From Alphaproteobacteria bacterium (GTDB lineage Bacteria > Pseudomonadota > Alphaproteobacteria > UBA828), in assembly GCA_022820945.1 (NCBI GenBank), contig JAJEEP010000040.1, positions 47,536 through 111,535 of the forward strand: a DNA stretch of 64,000 nt, written 5' to 3'. Below, piece after piece: positions 59,863 to 64,000 of this stretch. The stretch's first letter is position 1, and each line of letters starts with the position of its first letter. The notes beneath the pieces are model-generated. The model made no database searches. It was not told the origin of the DNA and saw only the letters and a program-made list of their open reading frames with translations. Position numbers and translations under genes: made by a program.

Positions 59863-60921
59863 CTACGGAAAGAGCGGCGCCTGCTCGAGCCCGGTCGTCT
59901 CCGGCAGGGCGTGCATCAGGTTCATGTTCTGGATCGCCTGGCCGGAAGCGCCCTTGACCAGATTGTCGATGGCCGAGATCAGGATGGCGCGCCCCTCGAT
60001 CCGGTCGTCGAAGACCCCGATGAGGCAGTGGTTGGAGCCCCGCACGTGGCGGGTCGCCGGCGCCGCGCCGGCAGGCAGCACGCGCACGAACGGCTCGTCT
60101 GCATAGCGCCGGGCGAGGGCATCGCGCAGGGCGTCGGCGCCCGCGCGACTGCGCACGTAGATCGTTGCCAGAATGCCTCGGTTCATCGGCATGAGATGGG
60201 GCGTGAAGTTGACGCGTACGGGCGCGCCTGCCGCCGCGGACAATCCCTGCTCGATCTCGGGCGCGTGGCGGTGGGCGGCGACGCCGTAGGCGTGCACGCC
60301 CTCGCCGACCTCGGCGAAGAGGCTTCCCTGCTTGGCCTCGCGGCCCGCGCCTGAGACTCCCGACTTGGCGTCGATGATGATGTCGTCGGTCTCGATCAGC
60401 CCGTCTTCGAGCAGCGGCGCGAGCGGCAATTGCGCAGAGGTCGGGTAGCAGCCGGGGTTCGCAACGAGGCGGGCGGTGCCGACCTCGTCGCGCGCGAGTT
60501 CGGTCAGTCCGTAGACAGCCTCGGCTTGAAGCGCCACAGCGCCATGCGCCTGCCCGTACCATTCGGCGTAGACCTCGGGGTCCGCCAAGCGAAAGTCCGC
60601 CGAAAGATCCACCACCTTCAGGTGCTCGGGCAGAGAGGCAACGACCTCCTGCGTGGTGCCGTGGGGGAGGCAGCAGAACACCGCATCGAGCCTATCCCAC
60701 GCCGCGTCCTCGATCTTCACGAGGTCGGGGAAGCCCGCGCCGTCGAGATGGGGAAAGACCGCGCCCAAACTCTGGCCCGCCCGGCGCTCGGCGGTCAGCA
60801 GACCGACGGAGAAGCCGTCGTGATGCGCCAGCAGACGCAGCAACTCGCCGCCGGTATAGCCGCTCGCGCCGAGCACGCCGACGCGCGCCGTGTTGCCCGT
60901 GCCGGATGGGGAGGGGCTCAT
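59863..60921 (-). CDS. argC: N-acetyl-gamma-glutamyl-phosphate reductase
   Basis: GASGYTG.EL, LPHG, DLSADFRL, VYGLTE, ANPGCYPT, SGVSGAG, HRH.PEI, FTPHL.PM.RG, DNLVKGASGQA.QN.N. Confidence 0.97.
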   Translation of the reverse strand: MSPSPSGTGNTARVGVLGASGYTGGELLRLLAHHDGFSVGLLTAERRAGQSLGAVFPHLDGAGFPDLVKIEDAAWDRLDAVFCCLPHGTTQEVVASLPEHLKVVDLSADFRLADPEVYAEWYGQAHGAVALQAEAVYGLTELARDEVGTARLVANPGCYPTSAQLPLAPLLEDGLIETDDIIIDAKSGVSGAGREAKQGSLFAEVGEGVHAYGVAAHRHAPEIEQGLSAAAGAPVRVNFTPHLMPMNRGILATIYVRSRAGADALRDALARRYADEPFVRVLPAGAAPATRHVRGSNHCLIGVFDDRIEGRAILISAIDNLVKGASGQAIQNMNLMHALPETTGLEQAPLFP

Positions 60922-60978
60922 GGGAAGCCTATGTCGATCGCGAAAGCCGGAGGTAAATGCGCGCCGGCGACGCCTGAC

Positions 60979-61461
60979 CTAGCGCTTCGAGAACTGGAAG
61001 CTTCGGCGGGCCTTGCGCTTGCCGTACTTCTTGCGCTCCACGACGCGGCTGTCGCGGGTGAGGAATCCGCCCGACTTGAGCATCTTGCGCAGCTCTGGCT
61101 CGCGTGCTGCCAGCGCCCGGCTGATGCCATGACGAAGCGCCCCGGCCTGGCCGGAGAGGCCGCCGCCCTTGACCGTGCAAATGACGTCGTACTGGGTCCG
61201 GCGCCCGACCAGCTCCGCCGGCTGGTTGATGATCATCCTGAGCGCGGGCCGGGCGAAGTAATTCTCAACCGGACGCTTGTTGACCGTGATCGTACCGATG
61301 CCGGGCCTGAGCCACACCCGCGCCACGGCATCCTTGCGCTTGCCGGTCGCATAGGTGCGGCCGAGCCGGTCGATCTGCGGCTCGGGCTCGATGTCGGCGT
61401 CGGGCCGGGCGACCTCGCCGAGCTCGGCGAGGCTGGTGAGGGTCTTCGGCTCGTCAGCCAC
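60979..61461 (-). CDS. rpsI: 30S ribosomal protein S9
   Basis: [44 protein letters not shown]. Confidence 0.98.
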   Translation of the reverse strand: MADEPKTLTSLAELGEVARPDADIEPEPQIDRLGRTYATGKRKDAVARVWLRPGIGTITVNKRPVENYFARPALRMIINQPAELVGRRTQYDVICTVKGGGLSGQAGALRHGISRALAAREPELRKMLKSGGFLTRDSRVVERKKYGKRKARRSFQFSKR

Positions 61462-61927
61462 GGAGCGTGCTCCTCGCGTTCTTCGGATTCATCGCAGCGA
61501 TATCGAGAGGCTCAGGCTGCTGCGCCTCGTGCGGATGGTCGGGGCCCGCATAGACCTTCAGGTTCGCCATCTGCTGGCGGCCCAGGGGGCCCTTGGGGAT
61601 CATCCGTTGCACCGCCTTGATCACCACCTCCTCGGGCCTCTTGCCGTCGAGGATCCGGGCCGCCGTGCGGGTCTTGAGGCCGCCGGGATACCCGGTGTGG
61701 TGGTGATAGACCTTGTCTTCCCGCTTGCGCCCGGTGAGCCGCACCTTCTTGGCGTTCACGATGATGATGTTGTCGCCGCAATCCATGTGCGGGGTGTAGC
61801 TCGGCTTGTGCTTGCCGCGCAGACGGGTCGCAACGATGCTGGCGAGCCGGCCGAGGACGATGTCTTCGGCGTCCACCAGCATCCATTTCTTCTCGATTGT
61901 GGCAGGTGTTGCCGAGAAGGTTTTCAT
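61454..61927 (-). CDS. rplM: 50S ribosomal protein L13
   Basis: MKTFSA, W..VDA...[36 protein letters not shown]. Confidence 0.98.
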   Translation of the reverse strand: MKTFSATPATIEKKWMLVDAEDIVLGRLASIVATRLRGKHKPSYTPHMDCGDNIIIVNAKKVRLTGRKREDKVYHHHTGYPGGLKTRTAARILDGKRPEEVVIKAVQRMIPKGPLGRQQMANLKVYAGPDHPHEAQQPEPLDIAAMNPKNARSTLRG

Positions 61928-62093
61928 TTCGCTCACGACGATGGGATGTAACAAAACAGCGCGCAGGCCTGTTCGGCTCTCGCCGGCCAGCGCGCCGCCG
62001 GGAGTATGCCACAGGACTTTGCCCAGTCAACGGCAGCGTTGCGGGGTAATGCGTGGCACTATCGCACGGAGCGAAGACGGAGATTCGGGGACC

Positions 62094-62906
62094 ATGTCAG
62101 ACGTAGAGGGGAAGGTTGCGCTCGTCACCGGTGGCGGTACTGGCATCGGCAAGGGCATCGCGCTGCTGTTCGGGCGCCAGGGCATGAGGCTTGCCCTCAA
62201 CGGGCTGGAGCACGCGTGGAGCGCCGACAACCAGTACGAGACCGCCCACATTGGCGGCTACTCCGCGGCGCAGGCAGTGGCGGAGGAGATCGGCGGCGAC
62301 GCCTTCGCGATCGACGCGGATGTCGCGGACGAAGCGGCCGTCGAGGCCATGTTCGCGCAAACGGTCGAGCGCTTCGGGCGGGTCGATGTTGTGGTCAACG
62401 CGGCCGGCGTGATCACCGCCCGCCCCATCGCCGAGATGAGCGAGACGGAGTGGGACAACATCATGGACGTGAACGCCAAGGGCACGTTCCTCGTGAACAA
62501 GGCGGCGGTCATCCAGATGCGCGCGCAAGGGGACGGCGGGCGGATCGTCAACATCTCGTCGGTCGCCGGGAAGTTCGGCACCGCCACGCTCACGCACTAC
62601 TGTGCTTCCAAGTTCGCGGTCATCGGCTTCTCGAACGCGCTGGCCAAGGAGGTCGCGCGCGAGGGCATCACGGTCAACTGCATCTGCCCCGGCATCGTAG
62701 GCACGCAGATGTGGACCCTGCTCAATGACGCCTTCGGGGAGCCGGGGGAGACGCCGGAGCAGACCTACGCACGCTTCATCGAGGGATACATTCCCCAGGG
62801 CGTGCCCCAGACCGAGGAGGACATGGCCGAGCTCGCGCTCTATCTGGTGCGCGCGCCCCACGTCACCGGGCAGGCCATCAACCTGGACGGCGGCGCCGCG
62901 CTGTAG
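62094..62906 (+). CDS. short-chain dehydrogenase/reductase (acetoin/butanediol dehydrogenase-like)
   Basis: TGGGTGIG, VNAAG, NISS, YCASK, N.ICPGIV.T.MW, TGQAINLDGG. Start at ATG 62094. Confidence 0.9.
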   Translation: MSDVEGKVALVTGGGTGIGKGIALLFGRQGMRLALNGLEHAWSADNQYETAHIGGYSAAQAVAEEIGGDAFAIDADVADEAAVEAMFAQTVERFGRVDVVVNAAGVITARPIAEMSETEWDNIMDVNAKGTFLVNKAAVIQMRAQGDGGRIVNISSVAGKFGTATLTHYCASKFAVIGFSNALAKEVAREGITVNCICPGIVGTQMWTLLNDAFGEPGETPEQTYARFIEGYIPQGVPQTEEDMAELALYLVRAPHVTGQAINLDGGAAL

Positions 62907-62933
62907 TGCCCGAGCCGGGGCTTCGCACTGGGG

Positions 62934-64000
62934 TCACGCCCCGCGGATCATGTCCGCGGCTTTCTCCGCGATCATGATGACCGGAGAAGCGGTGTTGCCC
63001 GACGTGATCCGGGGCATGACCGAGGCGTCCACGACGCGAAGGCCCTTCAGCCCGTGCACGCGCAGCTCCGGGTCCACGACTGCGTGCGGATCCTGACCCA
63101 TCTTGCACGTTCCCACCGGGTGGAAGATCGTGGTCGCGATGTTGCCGACCTCCTTCACAAGGTCCTCGTCCGACTGAACCTCGGGGCCGGGCAGAAGCTC
63201 TCGCGGCGCGTAACGCTGTAGCGCCTTGGCCGTCATGATCCGGCGGACCTGGTGGACGGACTTGACAGCGATGCGGCGGTCGTGCGCGGTCGAGAGGTAG
63301 TTCGGCTTGATCTCGGGCTGTGCGTCCAGGTCAGTAGTCGTCACGTGGCAGGTGCCCCGGCTCTCCGGGCGCAGATTGCAGACCGACATCGTGATGGCGG
63401 GGTAGGGATGGAGCGGATCGCCCAGCCGGTCGGTGGAGAGCGGCTGGACGTGATACTCCAGGTCGGGCGTGGCGAGCGCGGGATCGGACTTCGTGAACAT
63501 CCCGAACTGGCTCGGCGCCATCGACATCGGGCCGCTCCGGCGCAATGCATATTCGAGGACGATGCTCGCCTTGCCCCAGAGGCTGTTCGCGAGCGTGTTC
63601 AGAGTCTTCGCGCCGCTTACTCCGTAGACCGTGCGGATCTGAAGGTGATCCATCAGGTTCTCGCCGACCCCGGGGTTCTCGTGAGCGATCTCGATACCGA
63701 GCCCGGCAAGCCGCTCGGGCTGACCGATTCCCGAAAGCTCCAGAATCTTGGGTGAGTTGATCGAACCTGCGGCCAGCAGCACCTCGGCTTCGGCGCGCAC
63801 TTGGCGCCGGGTGCCCTTCTGCCGGTAGACTAGGCCGCGCACCTCGTGCCCTTCCAGGATCAGGCGCTCGGTCTCGGCCTCGAGGATGACGCGCAGGTTG
63901 GGTCGCTTCATCGCCGGCTTGAGGAACCCGCTCGCCGTGGTCCAGCGTACGCCCTTCCGCTGGTTCACCTCGAAAAAGCCCGAGCCCTCGTTGTCGCCGT
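62934..64000 (-). CDS. GMC oxidoreductase (choline dehydrogenase family), 5' truncated by window edge
   Basis: AGSINSP..LELSGIG, VGENL.DH, LRPESRG, FHPVGTCKMG, LRVVDASVMP...SGNT..P..MIAEK. Confidence 0.93.
   Translation of the reverse strand, partial: GDNEGSGFFEVNQRKGVRWTTASGFLKPAMKRPNLRVILEAETERLILEGHEVRGLVYRQKGTRRQVRAEAEVLLAAGSINSPKILELSGIGQPERLAGLGIEIAHENPGVGENLMDHLQIRTVYGVSGAKTLNTLANSLWGKASIVLEYALRRSGPMSMAPSQFGMFTKSDPALATPDLEYHVQPLSTDRLGDPLHPYPAITMSVCNLRPESRGTCHVTTTDLDAQPEIKPNYLSTAHDRRIAVKSVHQVRRIMTAKALQRYAPRELLPGPEVQSDEDLVKEVGNIATTIFHPVGTCKMGQDPHAVVDPELRVHGLKGLRVVDASVMPRITSGNTASPVIMIAEKAADMIRGA

Overview
GC-rich bacterial window, very probably alphaproteobacterial (bamD-recN-ligA, hom-glpX-recJ near phaC, rplM-rpsI-argC, Methanosarcina-type serC-serA). 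Housekeeping blocks at about 10.2-22.1 kb and 52.5-62 kb alternate with two catabolic accessory regions. Region A (1-10.1 kb) has a NitT/TauT ABC importer running into a toluene-monooxygenase-type soluble di-iron monooxygenase (tmoA-B-D-E). This enzyme has no Rieske ferredoxin or reductase gene in the window, carries a polar-substituted active-site pocket, and has a 268-bp MITE-like element between tmoD and tmoE. It converges on a hydantoinase/oxoprolinase A/B pair and an SDR. Region B (22.6-52.4 kb, ending at an IS66 remnant beside tRNA-Glu) holds an orphan second tmoE heading a thiolase/enoyl-CoA hydratase/acyl-CoA dehydrogenase/FAH operon, then amidohydrolases, a hydantoin racemase and a BMP-type ABC importer. 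It also holds a coupled operon in which a second hydantoinase A/B pair sits between two molybdenum-hydroxylase (coxMSL-like) triplets with non-canonical active-site loops. The best candidate for an undescribed system is an oxidative and hydrolytic catabolic route for a polar N-heterocycle or lactam. The substrate is an inference and cannot be read from the sequence. All family calls come from motif recognition; no database searches were run.
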